64,000 nucleotides of DNA from Paecilomyces variotii (Eukaryota): NCBI GenBank assembly GCA_004022145.1, contig RCNU01000002.1. One strand, written 5' to 3'. How positions within the stretch are numbered: the first letter of the stretch is position 1; each line of letters starts with the position of its first letter. Positions 38,189 to 49,856 of this stretch are shown in pieces. A program made the position numbers and the translations under genes. The notes beneath the pieces are model-generated. The model searched no databases. It was given only the letters and a program-made list of their open reading frames with translations, and was not told where the DNA came from.

Positions 38189-39641
38189 TCACGCAGATGC
38201 AGAGACAGCTGCTGGTGCCGCTGCTGGCCTAGTCGACTCTTCTTCCGTCGATAGCATCCGGATTCTGTAATCCCAATAATTCTTCCTAATAGGATCATAT
38301 TTCTCCTTCAACAGCGTAAGCATGCGGATAGCCTCTGCATTGGCGGCCTCTTCAGCATACACGTCCGCTAGCCACTCAACAGCTAAGCTGCTCTTGACAT
38401 GGACATTGGTAATATTTCCATTTTCATCCGTCTCATCAGTAACGAATCGACTGGCGAAACCCTTCCATTCAGACAAGGGTCTCCCAGCAGCGCGGAGAGC
38501 CCCACGGGCATACGACCAGGGACTTCTGTTCTCAGGCGCCAGAACGATCTTTGATTTAGCGTACTCGAGCTCTGAATCGACTAGATCTTCATCAACGACG
38601 TCAAGTTGGCCCTTTTGGCTTCCGGGTTTGGTGGCATTCGCCATTCCGGCATCTGGCTCGTCGTAGCGAGGTCCGAAGCGGAGAATGTAGCGATGGTTCC
38701 AGGCGGAGTTGTTACGGACGTCTTGTTCGATGAGGGTCTCAACGTCGCGAATCTCGCGAGGAGAGTCCCAGAGGTTGAAATGGCGGACGAGCCAGTGGCG
38801 GTAGGTCCAGACGTGGTAGTTTTTGGAGTCCTGCGCGAACATATCCATGAGGAAATCGGGTTCTGCTGCTGGAAGAGTGGGGAAATGCTTCTTGGAAGAC
38901 ATAATGATTTGGCGGTGGTGCCTGTAGGAGTTGTTAGTGCGACGATTTTGTGGAGGGTATGTGTGTGGCATGAGAAAGATGGTCTCGGAATGAGATCACG
39001 CGAACACGTACCATATCTGGTAGTTCTTTAAATACTTCAATGAGACTCTGTTTAACCAGGCGAATTCATCGTCTAGGCTTTTGTCGAGAGCGAACAAGAT
39101 CTTGGCTCGGTATAGCCTGTAAATTGTGAATTGTAAGGTTAGGATGCAGTAGTAGAGATAAGGAGAAGCGCAAAAGAGTATCAATCAGTCCGTGCTAGAT
39201 ATGGTAAATGATATACCATAGGACATTTAAGGAGTAGAGGCAGTCTGTAAGGTAGAAATCTTCTTGTGTTCTGGGTGATTCCAGTTTCAATATATGACGA
39301 TATCCAATAAGTGGCCAAAAGCCAACCAAGGTAACGACAATGCGTGCATTAAAACTAGAAAATATACTTCTTCAAGAGGGAAAAGAAATCAAGAATAAAA
39401 GGACATACCAGACCGTGTAATGTGCCGGATTCATAGAAATGATATCCTCTGTCAGCTTGAGGGCACGTTCGGACAATTCATTAGCAGCCATTACCGCCCG
39501 CAGGTATGAGGTCGCCTCGAGATATTCATCGGGGTAAGCGATCGTTGCCAGCGGCATAATATCATTGTCCTTGGAGCCGTCGTCCAGGGGAATAGGTTTG
39601 ATAGACGCCCACTCGGGCGAAGAAGCGTACTTCCCGCTCAT
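38189..39641 (-). CDS. RAM2: Protein farnesyltransferase/geranylgeranyltransferase-I alpha subunit (3 exons)
   Basis: PPTA repeats NPAHYTVW.YR, KNYQIWHHR, KNYHVWTYR, RNNSAWNHR and PENRSPW, plus YDPIRKNYW. Confidence 0.95.
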
Positions 39642-40848
39642 GGTGTTTGATTGCCCGACGCGGAGGGGAAATGTGCAGTGATGGAAGAGACAACCAGCGG
39701 GTGAGGGCAATGCCTCAATCTAAGCGCCAGAAAGCAACAACCAGCCGGTAGATAGTGATACAGTGTTGCTATCCTCTTTACTCGACCTTGAGGAACCCTC
39801 CGCTCCCGCCGGAGATGGCGGGGAATCTTCTTTGAGAAAGAGCGGGAAACAAAAAAATTAGCTGGCGGCGCAGACTCCCGCGGCGACACGAGAGACGATG
39901 GGAATCGACTGCGTCGTGTTATGCGCAGTGATTATGAGTTTGGGATATTATCGACGTTAGTTAGCATCTTTCCAGATACAAAGAGCACAATAATACGCTT
40001 TGGACTCGGCGAGCTGGGCGGGGCCATAAGGCAGAAACAACTTTACGCCTGAGGCATAAATATGAAGGAGAGCCTTAAAATGTCGGGATTTTCCACAACA
40101 ATACAGCTGCCATGTAATCATTAGATATCGTGGCGAACAACATGATAGCAGATACAGCCCCTAGAGTAGAGTCTTTTCCCTCGAATAGGTGCTTGTGACA
40201 TTTCCTCGTTGGCAGCATTATTCGTTGATCTAAACGTTGGTTGCTAAGGAATCATTGATATGGCGTTTGGGGGCCAAAGTTTGACGATATTAAGGCTTAG
40301 CTATGGGAAACTGCCTTCAGCCCCAATTCCGGGGAATTGGAAGCTTGGATTGGATCTTTACCTCCGAAACTAGCAGTATAGCTGGAAACCGGTCGCACGA
40401 TTGATCGACATGGGAGCCGCAAATACAATCAATACGAGTACAACCCGCTCAACTTCAGCCCTCTGGGTCTAAACGTCCATTAGGGCGTTGATTTCAGCAT
40501 ACAGATTGGCAGAAATGCTGCGCCATCTGTCAACAATAATGCTCACCAGCCTTCTTAACTGGTTAGGGGGATATTGGATTTTGGAGACGCTGCAGGAGAC
40601 TATCCCTGAGAAACGTTCAGGCCTCCTAATAGCCCATAAAGCTCTTGCATTCCCCTAGATGAAGCTAGTGTCAGGATCTGATCTCGTTTCCTTTTTTTCA
40701 CTGGGTTAACTCCGCTGCGAATGCTATAGTTGTTACTCATCTCACGGCTGAGGCCAAGAATCATCCTTCGGGGAATATAATTTCACAACAGAGTCGATCA
40801 TTACCTGCATCTTCACCAGTGCATTCTCCAATCCACGTACTGGTACAG

Positions 40849-41686
40849 ATGTCTGACGACTCGAGCTCCTTGGTCAGCACCTCTGGCTTTGCTCTCCGCA
40901 TTAATGGGTCTTGTGCAGACACTGAACAGGACTGCGGGGGAACAGTTGGGAGTTTTCGTGCCTGTTGCCCGGCTGGTTCCTTCTGTCCAAGCCAATACAA
41001 TGTGAACTGCTGCCCGTCGTCAGCAAACTGTACAGAGTCACTGGTAGCAAAACCAAAATGCGCAAACGAAACCTGGGACCTATATGACAACAACGGCTAC
41101 TTCTGCTGCCTGCAAGATACAACAGGTTACAGCACCCCGGGAAATAGCGATGGCTGTGCCAGTCCCGGCTACCCATTTTCCGAAGATGAGACATTGTTGA
41201 GCAAAATCTCCGCAGGTCAAAGTATGTATCTCAACATTTTTCAACGATATCCGTCCAAGGCTGACGCATCGACTCACAGACATTGCGACGGCAACCTCGA
41301 CAACATCATCTGCTTCTTCCCCAACAACAACCACAACCAGATCTCTTTCGGGGACATTAACACCCCCGGCCTCAACCGCGTCTTCACATGGTAGTATGAC
41401 AACGGGTGATATGATCGCTGCCATCGTGGGTAGTATTGGCGGATTTATTGTCATCGTGGGCGTTATTTGGATGACCTTCCGTCGTCACCGGAGGCGACGC
41501 ACGGCTGAGCGCCCTGTTCCAATATCAGACCAGGTCAAGGAGTCCTATACGCCGGTTCCAGAATTAGAAGGACGAGATCGTGCAGCAGAGCTCGAAGGTC
41601 GGTTTCCCGAACTTGAAGGGCGACCCGGTCAGCCGATCTATGAGCTATCTTCAGAAACAACCGCGTACCCATCGAAAGGGACTTAA
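40849..41686 (+). CDS. Single-pass membrane protein: Cys-rich ectodomain, Ser/Thr stalk, TM, ELEG-repeat tail (intron 41222-41279; 259 aa)
   Basis: 12 Cys in exon 1. A GTATGT...GCTGAC...CAG intron joins to TATSTTSS..., the TM IAAIVGSIGGFIVIVGVIW and the stop-transfer RRHRRRR. Confidence 0.8.
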
Positions 41687-42345
41687 GCTTCCCTTGTCGT
41701 CAAGTTTATTTTTTGATGTACATACCTATATACCCGACGGCATGTGTTGTGCATGTATTATCTCTTTGTTTCCTGACTTACTAGCGAAAATTATGTGTGT
41801 GACGAATGTTATACAATAGAAATAATAATTGAGACTGTTGTGTGATGGAGAAATAGAAATAGAACACTAGATATTGATGTAAGTCATCCACTATGTAGAA
41901 AGTCTACCAAAGATCTAACCAGTTGACATAGAACTCAGCACCCATTACCATATCCAGGCAGATATAAGCCATAAGACTTCCACTCTGTTTGTTGTCCGTT
42001 TTTGGGGCTTATCAGATGCTTAAAAATCCCCGCCCGGGATGCCATCTGATTGCCCAATCATAAGCAGCACAACTATTCAATTCAATTATGTCAAGCCGGT
42101 TTCTCCGCATTTTCCTTATCGGAGCCAAGAAACTCGGGATGCAGTCCGACTTCCTTTCCATCAGATCGCCCATTCATTATTCCTTTTATCTATCCTCGGT
42201 CCAAGTTCGAAATTGAACCGACTGCTATCAACTGGCCGTGCAAGACTAGCGCTTTTTGGACAGACAATCTCCTCTCTTCCATCCCTTGTTTGTTGTGTTC
42301 TTATCATACAGTGATCTTCATCGGAAATCCCAGCGCTAACTAGTG

Positions 42346-44456
42346 ATGCGGGGAGTAAAGAAATCCCGTAACGGCTGTGCAAGATGTAAGAGTAAACGAG
42401 TGAGCATTCCCTTCTTTTCGAGTATTAACAACCACCTCTATATTCAGATCTTTGAGGAAACACGGAACTCATAGCTGATGCAACGTCTTAGCTCAAATGC
42501 GATGAACAGAAGCCAGATTGCGGACGATGCTCGCGTCTTGGGGTCAAGTGCCCCGGATACGTCCAATCTCTCCGCTGGGTTACCAAGCATGAGGTCTTGG
42601 AGAATTCTCAAAGACCAGGGACTTCAGCGGGCTCAGCAACCGCTCCGGAACCGACTGATAGCATGAATGCCCCGGGAGACACTCCATTAACGTTCAACAG
42701 TGCCCCGACGCATCAGCAGACTTCTCCGTCTCAATTTGAGGCTGGAGAGTCTATAATGGACCAAGCAAGTCAATTGCAGGAAGATCCCTGGGACGTCAAC
42801 CTGTCTGATCCGTTCGCGACGCTGTCCCAGGAGTTTGAGCAGCCTATTCCTGCAGATCCGACATTGGGGTATGGGACAGCCGGGAGTTCAAATCAGGACA
42901 CTCCACGCCGACTGTCGACAAGATCGACAGGCGTGAACAATCAAAATGAGACGTCAGCCTATGGTTCCTTCTCTCCGTCCTCCCTCGTCAGAAACTATCC
43001 CCCTGAGCCTTCCAACGCAGCACCAGGCTCTCCCTACAGTGATCGGTTTAACTTCTTTCTCCCTCTCCAACGGACTTTGAACGACCCGTCCTCAACGTTG
43101 ATAGAGTATTATTTCAAAGAGGTGGCTGGATTATTCTCTAGCTATGACAGTCAGATGAACCCGTTTCGGACGACGGTCTCCCGCCTCTGGGGTTCATCAC
43201 TCGCCATGTGCCGTACTTTACAGAGCATGGCGGCAGCAACGTTGGTTGGTGACTTCCCTCAGTTCGGCCCGATAGGACTGAAGATGCGGAGAGAGGCGAT
43301 TGAGATTCTAAAGAATGAATCTGTCATGGACGACAAGTCGCTTCTGGCCCTACTGATGCTAGGCCAGACAGCCAGCTGGCACAACCCTAACGATTTGGGT
43401 ATCTCATTCTTCAACCTACTACGAAAGCATCTAAACAGCTTATCCTCAAATAATCAGAATTACCGCGTTGCTGCTGGAAACAACTATCAGTTCTTCGAAG
43501 AGGCCTTGATATATTGGGAGATGCTGCTATCATACGTGACGGAAAACGACTCCCTCGCCTCGTCCAGAGGGCCAGCCTCTCAAACAGACGATTCTATAGT
43601 TCTCCAACGGGTTCCTCATCCATGGACCGGCATTGCCCGAGACACACAGTTCACTGTACAAGAAGTCGGCCGGCTCATCCGTCGCGAGAGAAGTCGCGTC
43701 CGGTCCAGACGGTTCACTTCGCACTTTGATATCACTCAAGCACAGCTAGCCATCGAACGAGCACGAGAGCTCGAAGAGAAACTACTCAACCTCGCCCATC
43801 CCGGAGAAGCTGAAATCGTCAGTCCTGGAGACTTCGACACCCCTGTATGGCATCTCCTCACCATGGCAGAAGTATACCGCTGCACCGGCCTCATCCAGCT
43901 CTACAGAGTCTTCCCCGACCTTCTCCGCCGCCGAATCCCATCATCCCGCGACTCACCCGCAGCAGACAGACAGGGGACTCCATTCTCCCAACTCGACGCC
44001 GTCCACATGCTAGACGACCTCCTGCTCGACGAAGACAGCAACCCCAACAACACCGGCACCGAACTCTCAGACACCGTCCGAGACAACTGGCTCACCACAT
44101 TCGCTATAACCACTCTCTCCCGTCTAAAGACCATCCCTCTCGAATCCCGCACAAGATGTCTCCAACCTTTCCTCCTCGTCGCATCCTGCAGCGAACTCCG
44201 TCTTCCACCCGTCTCAACTACCTCCTCATCCGAGGACGCCGCGGTGGAGATATCCTCGCATGCAATCGACGTCTCGCGGACGCGCAAATTCATCCTGAGC
44301 CGTCTGAGCTGTTTCTTGCATGTTCTACCACCGAAACCAATCCAGGTGTGTTTGAATCTAGTGCAGGAGACGTGGAATAGGATGGATGCTGGTGAGACGG
44401 GTGTGTATTGGATGGATGTCATGATTGAGAATGGATGGGAGACTACGATGGGGTGA
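42346..44456 (+). CDS. Zn(II)2Cys6 transcription factor (exons 42346-42399, 42492-44456)
   Basis: Spliced N-terminus KSRNGCARCKSKRLKCDEQKPDCGRCSRLGVKCPGY. C-terminal fungal TF domain (YDSQMNPFR, HPWTG, YWMDVM). Confidence 0.93.
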
Positions 44457-44831
44457 TATATGGGATTTGATCTTTCTTTTTCTTTTTTGCCTTCGTTCTT
44501 GCACTTTTCTTTGGATGCGTGTATGATCTATATTCTCTCATGATACCCACCAACTGTCTAACTAACTGTATGTTACTTTCATGTAATTTTACTCTAGTAA
44601 ATAACTGTTTACGCTATCCATGTCGAATGGGGAATCATAATCAGGAAAATTTCCGTACGGGGTCCTCGCGGATTCAGATGTCTTTTATTTCATTTTTTTT
44701 GTAAACTATTTATTTACTCGCTAAACATTATATAGACAGGCAGTACAATCGTGCCTAGTGCTTTTCTGCCCTTTTCGCTTCCACTTCACTTTCACATGTG
44801 AAATTCTTGGCCTCTATGGCATAGACTTGGA

Positions 44832-44855
44832 CACACACACACACACACACACACA
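44832..44855. repeat. (AC)n microsatellite
   Basis: Direct read, about 12 units. Confidence 0.9.
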
Positions 44856-45309
44856 TAATGCGAGTCAAGACTCTGAGGGTAAAGGGCCATTCGGAGGTAG
44901 ATGACAACCCGACGACCAGAGGAAAAGAAGGTCGAAGTCATCAAAAAAAAAGGAAAGAAAGGGAAAGGAAACCGAGACAGCTAGCTCCGTGATATGCAGA
45001 AAAGTGCAGAAAGGAATAAGGACAATAACGTTGACAAGTAGAATGGAACAATGAGCTATCAGAGACAGGAATCGAATGCATAATTAGATATGATATCCAT
45101 CAACAGTTGACCCGTTAAGGCGAGAACGGCAATGATCATCAGGAAAGTCATATTAAAAAAAAGGAGGATCGAAGGGAACTCCAGGTAGTGGTCTTTTCCG
45201 GACAGCAAAAACACAAGACGCATACCTCGTTGGCCACCTTGGAGACAGACAGATAGGTGTCTCAAAAAAATAACTGTCGCTGACGCTGAAAGATATCCAA
45301 CGGAGTCGT

Positions 45310-46914
45310 TTAATGCACTGCACGTTTCCAGAACTTCCATCCTTCGCGCTTCTCCTGTCTGCCCCCGACACCGACCAATTTCTCGATACCTTCGGCTCCC
45401 ACGGCATTCTCGAACTTTTGCTGGTCAATTTCCTCGCCGCCATCTTCGTCACTGCCATTTCGAAGAACTGCTGGCCAAAGTACGCCAACTCCATCCCCGC
45501 CCAATGTTGCCTCGTAACGTTCGAAGCCTTCCTCGTCGAGCTGCTGCTCTAGGCCACGTAGAGTCTCTTCATTCGCGTCTCGACGGAGGAGAGTAATGGC
45601 ACAACCACCTCCTCCAGCACCGGTGAGCTTAGTCCAACCGATGTTGGTGTAATCGACCAATTCCCTTATCCGCTCGAGACGGGGGTGGGACACACCCAAA
45701 GAAACGAGGAGACCGTGGTTGATGCGGAAAAGAGCACCAAGGTGCTCGAGGGTCCCATCTGATGAGCCGTCATAATTAGGAGAACGCATAAGCTCATGCG
45801 CTGAGGTTGTGACTTGGTCAATGCTATTCAGCATCGACTCTGTCACGACCGGATGGGCCTTCTTGAGCGCTCCAACCTTGGCCACCTCCACGGCCGTCGA
45901 CCGTGGCTGTTTTGTATTCACCAAGAGAAGAGGAACTTCTGGGAAGTTTGGCACCGGGATAACGGACGGCGGCTTGGAGTAGTCGCCCCTTCTGAAGACG
46001 ACAGCCTTACCGCCAGCAGAGACCGTGTTATCGACACCACTAGGATTTCCATGGATACACATTTCCCCGACAAAGGCCCATCGGTTGATACGCTCAATCT
46101 GTACCTCCGCCTCATCTGGAGGCTGATCGGGGTGTGGCCCAGCCAGCGTTCGGATCTGAAGCAACAATGCAGCACTCCAACACACGCAGACACTGGCGCT
46201 GCTGCCTAGACCTGCCCCTGTAGGAATTGTGGATCGAAGAGTGTAGATGGCGCCCGGTGTCTGGGGGGAGCCCAGGGAGAGGAAGAGGTAGAGGAAGGCT
46301 CGTGCGGAGTTTTGCTGGATCCTTCGCACATCGTCAGGCTTGTCTGCTGAGACGTCCACGATATGCGGTTGAATTGCCTCGAGGAGTTCGGGGTCTAGGG
46401 AGGTGACGAGGTCGTAATAGAACTTCTTCTTGGAAGGATGATGGAAGAGATCCCATGGCAGTTCGTCAATATTCCATGTGTGATCCAAGCCAATGTCTCT
46501 AAAATTCAGCGTAAGAGTGCGCTGCGACTTGGAGAGTGTTGTGACAAGTAGGTAGGATCGCAGCGAAATGGCCGCAGCCATTGCTGCCTTTCCATGCACG
46601 ACGGCGTGCTCTCCGTAGACAATGACCTTCCCTGGTGCTGAAACCATGAAGGCCGGCGCCATTGGTGAGGAAGCCTTCCTCCTCATATTCTTCTTTGTGT
46701 AAGCACCGTTTGCTGCCTTGGATGTTGGGCTTGCATTTGGAGAAGTCAGATCGCCGTCTGAACTCTCGCAGCTGCTGTCGTGGTGAATGCCATTGACGGC
46801 TCCCGACCGCACAGGCGAGCCGTTCTCTGTGTCGCCCACCATTGTCTTGAGCTGCTGAGATCCGTTGGAAAGTGTCGTGCTACCGTTGGCCTTGTGTCCA
46901 TAACCGTTCTCCAT
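45310..46914 (-). CDS. ERG12: Mevalonate kinase
   Basis: GHMP motifs SAPGKVIVYGEHAVVHG, PTGAGLGSSA, HGNPSGVDN and KLTGAGGGGC. Confidence 0.96.
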   Translation of the reverse strand: MENGYGHKANGSTTLSNGSQQLKTMVGDTENGSPVRSGAVNGIHHDSSCESSDGDLTSPNASPTSKAANGAYTKKNMRRKASSPMAPAFMVSAPGKVIVYGEHAVVHGKAAMAAAISLRSYLLVTTLSKSQRTLTLNFRDIGLDHTWNIDELPWDLFHHPSKKKFYYDLVTSLDPELLEAIQPHIVDVSADKPDDVRRIQQNSARAFLYLFLSLGSPQTPGAIYTLRSTIPTGAGLGSSASVCVCWSAALLLQIRTLAGPHPDQPPDEAEVQIERINRWAFVGEMCIHGNPSGVDNTVSAGGKAVVFRRGDYSKPPSVIPVPNFPEVPLLLVNTKQPRSTAVEVAKVGALKKAHPVVTESMLNSIDQVTTSAHELMRSPNYDGSSDGTLEHLGALFRINHGLLVSLGVSHPRLERIRELVDYTNIGWTKLTGAGGGGCAITLLRRDANEETLRGLEQQLDEEGFERYEATLGGDGVGVLWPAVLRNGSDEDGGEEIDQQKFENAVGAEGIEKLVGVGGRQEKREGWKFWKRAVH

Positions 46915-47892
46915 CGTGGGATGTCGAATTCGTCTGCCTGCGTCAAGGGAAAAAGAATGCGATGCGCGTTTCGTGTGGGCGAGGGCTATCGAGTCGAGAC
47001 CGTAGGCATGACGATGCTCCGCTGGAATCCGCGCGGACTGGAAGAAGATAAGATATTGGAAGAGGCGAGACTCCCTTTTTGTCTGACTTGTTGCTCAGGA
47101 TCCCAATCGCAAACAGGCCGTTACACACCCTTTTGGGGGCGAACGTCAGCGACTAATTGACTTAGGGGTGAGTTGGACTAGTTTAGCGCCCAGTTTAGCC
47201 TGAAGGCTTCGGCCCCCAGCGTCCCTATTTTTATTGTTATTATTATTATTGAACGTTCCACCAGGCATACGATCTCTCCTCCCTGTTGCTTATTGTTACT
47301 ACGCGCTGCCATTGGAGAGACTCGGGAGCTTCTGCTCAACAAGTTACCTGTTGAGCCTCATCCTACTCAGCTGGGAATCCAAAACGCCTCGTCACAGTAA
47401 GCACAGACGCTGACGCACTTGGGGGCGTAATTGGTGGCCATACGACCATTTAGTTTGGGGTCTTTTTCCTACGTTGAAACCCTTGCTCTACTTATTCACG
47501 ACTGTTCCCTAATGTTGTTCAGAGCTGTGTGATGATTTGAAGTCCTTGTATGACATTTGTGGATTCTGGAGCAACGATAAAACTAAGGAATTAGTATACT
47601 ACAGTACAACTAACTATAAGAATGGTGGATACTGTGTCCCAATCCGATCCTTGCAAAGAGAGAGCTGACCTAGGAACCACTAAAGATGATATCAGCATCC
47701 TTCGCTTCCCATTATAGTGTAAAACCAACCAATGCACTTTCAAACCCTCCCTTGACGCGAGCTGATTTGGTCGTTTACCCATTCCTAACAAAGTTATCCA
47801 CATCGCTTAAATCTCCCGGCTCATATTCCAGATAGTTAGTAGATGTAGTCGGGCGAAGCGTCGTTATCAGAATCATAAGAGCTGAACAAGGC

Positions 47893-48280
47893 TTCTACAC
47901 CTCCGCTTAGGGCGATAAGGCGATGCAATAACCACTGCATTTCCAATAGCTCTTTTCTGGCTAAGGTCTCTTATGAGGATCATCAATCCGCAAAGTAATT
48001 GTATTGCCGGAATAGATCTCCGTCTTCGTTTTATAGGTAGAGAGCCCGATGTTATCGATCGGCGTTGCATTGCTGGGCAATTTCGGTGAGCCTAGACAGA
48101 AACTCTTGACGGCGATATAAGTATCACGACAATGCCGTCGAGTTTGAAATCGACGTTCAACTTGGGCCACGCGACCTCTGCTTCGTCCGTCTCCTCATCG
48201 CATGCGAACTAGGGGTAAATATGCGCCACTTCAATGTGCTGTCCGATCTGTGTCAGGACACATTCCTGATTATCACGTCG
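47893..48280 (-). pseudogene. Fungal HNH-endonuclease (HNH_2-type) gene relic
   Basis: RRDNQECVLTQIGQHIEVAHIYP* (48280-48209) and IYSGNTITLRIDDPHKRP*P, then a frameshift to ELLEMQWLLHRLIALSGGVE (47952-47893). Confidence 0.7.
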
Positions 48281-48604
48281 TAGATAGTAAATAATCTATA
48301 TCAGTAGTTAAAAGCATTGTTTGGAATATCAAGGCTTGGTGATTTTTCCGCTCGTCTTCTTCCAGACCATTCGTTTTTGTCCCTAGCCCGTTGATTCCCT
48401 AGCACATATACAATTAGTTCCGATATCAAATTTGGGTAGGTAAATAGAAACATACATACTTTAAGAACAGGATCTGTGAGTGTATCTATATCGAATACTG
48501 GCAAGACTTTAGGATGGTCCTTCAGTAATCTGATGAGATATGTGAATATACTCAGATCCGATAACCACAACGCAGCCCACTGGGACAGAATGAGGTTGTA
48601 ACTC

Positions 48605-48835
48605 TCAAGGGTCGAGAGATCGATACCAGTGACCTTTGGGCCAAGCACCTTTTCCAATGACATCGAGGTAAACCGTTTTCGCCTCCATAGTTGTTGGCTT
48701 GAATTGGTGTCTGAATACAAACCGTGCAATTGACCATCCGCATTTGACGTCGGGAATATTGATTGTGAGCGCATCGAGTAACTCTATCAACGCCTGGTTG
48801 ACGACTTGTTCGTCTCTGGCTTCCAATCTATCCAT
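48605..48835 (-). pseudogene. Fragment of an uncharacterised fungal protein
   Basis: DEQVVNQALIELLDALTINIPDVKCGWSIARFVF...MEAKT resembles a repetitive Eurotiales hypothetical family (from recall). Truncated at both ends. Confidence 0.45.
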
Positions 48836-48977
48836 GTCTGGTCACAAGCTGCAGTTCATATTACTGAGGGACCTTGCAGATACAAAGACTCCCTCCCCCC
48901 CAGAACCAGAACAACCGAACACCCTCGAAGGAAAAAACCAACCAGACCCTGCGGCTAGACACGCGCTCCATGACCCG

Positions 48978-49406
48978 GATGTACCGGTTCCCCCTCGGGG
49001 TCTCCTGAAGTGGACCAATGAAGTCCATACCCACGAGATCAAAGGGTTTGACCGAGTTTGTCGGGTGTAAAACAGTAGGTGACTGTCTAGGCCCATGTTT
49101 TGCACATTCGACATATCCTCTAATGTAATCCTCCACGTCAGTCGCCTGGTTGGGCCAGTAAACCTAATGCGAAATCCTGGCGAGAGTAGCTCGCTTCTTC
49201 CAATGACCGGCAAGGTCGTGAGCATCTTGTAGTATACTAGCAACTTTGGTCTCAGGTATGCACATCAGCTTTCCATAGAGTTTGTGTTCTTTCTATAGGA
49301 ATCCTGCAAACCAGGAGTATCCGTCGTCATCAGGGAGGGATGACCCTTGGGTCAACCTATGGTATGCTTGTCCGAACCAAGCCGATCTCTTGTAGTCGTC
49401 GTCCCA
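48978..49406 (-). mobile_element. Ty3/gypsy LTR-retrotransposon pol relic (integrase zinc finger and start of the core)
   Basis: One frame reads CIPETKVASILQDAHDLAGHWKKRATLARISH*VYWPNQATDVEDYIRGYVECAKHGP...KPFDLVGMDFIGPLQETPRGNRYI. Stops at 49164-49166 and 49293-49295. Confidence 0.9.
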
Positions 49407-49856
49407 GCCAGGCATCATTTAGTAGGGCCCAGACCTCCTCCAGGGCATTTGCAACACGGATCACCCATGAGAATCTTGTCCTACTGCCAGATGCAGCGGC
49501 AGCATGGCAGCTCGGAGGCGGAAAGGGCCGGCGCAGCAGGGGAGGGGGCGGAGCTGGTTATAGACAAGCTCTTGATATAAATAAGTCAAAATTAAATGGA
49601 GAAATGACAGAAAAATTGTCGGCGCATAAATTGTGCGTCCGGTTAATTTATCATAGTCCGTTTGGAGCAGATCCTTTGATATTCTGATTATAGGATATGA
49701 CCTACTAGATTATTAGAATCTAGACTCTTTGTACATATAATTAGGAGATAAACATGGGCTTAAACATTCGCTGGAACTAGAGTCAAGCAAGCAATTCGAG
49801 AAGCCTAGATATATCAGCTAGGTGGTTTAAATATCCGTGCTCAGGATTCGACAAAA

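Noticed and set aside
43847..44422. Long overlapping and antisense ORFs in the C6 TF (similar ones occur inside other genes)
   Set aside because: Shadow ORFs caused by codon bias of the real CDS.
47160..47280. SRE-like words (CTCACCCC, CATACGAT) upstream of ERG12
   Set aside because: Only partial matches to SREBP/SrbA consensus and not distinguishable from chance.
49632..49661. Sequence reminiscent of a pogo/Fot1 terminal inverted repeat (minus strand ACGGACTATGATAAATTAACCGG)
   Set aside because: No partner TIR in the window, no TA target duplication and no transposase remnant.
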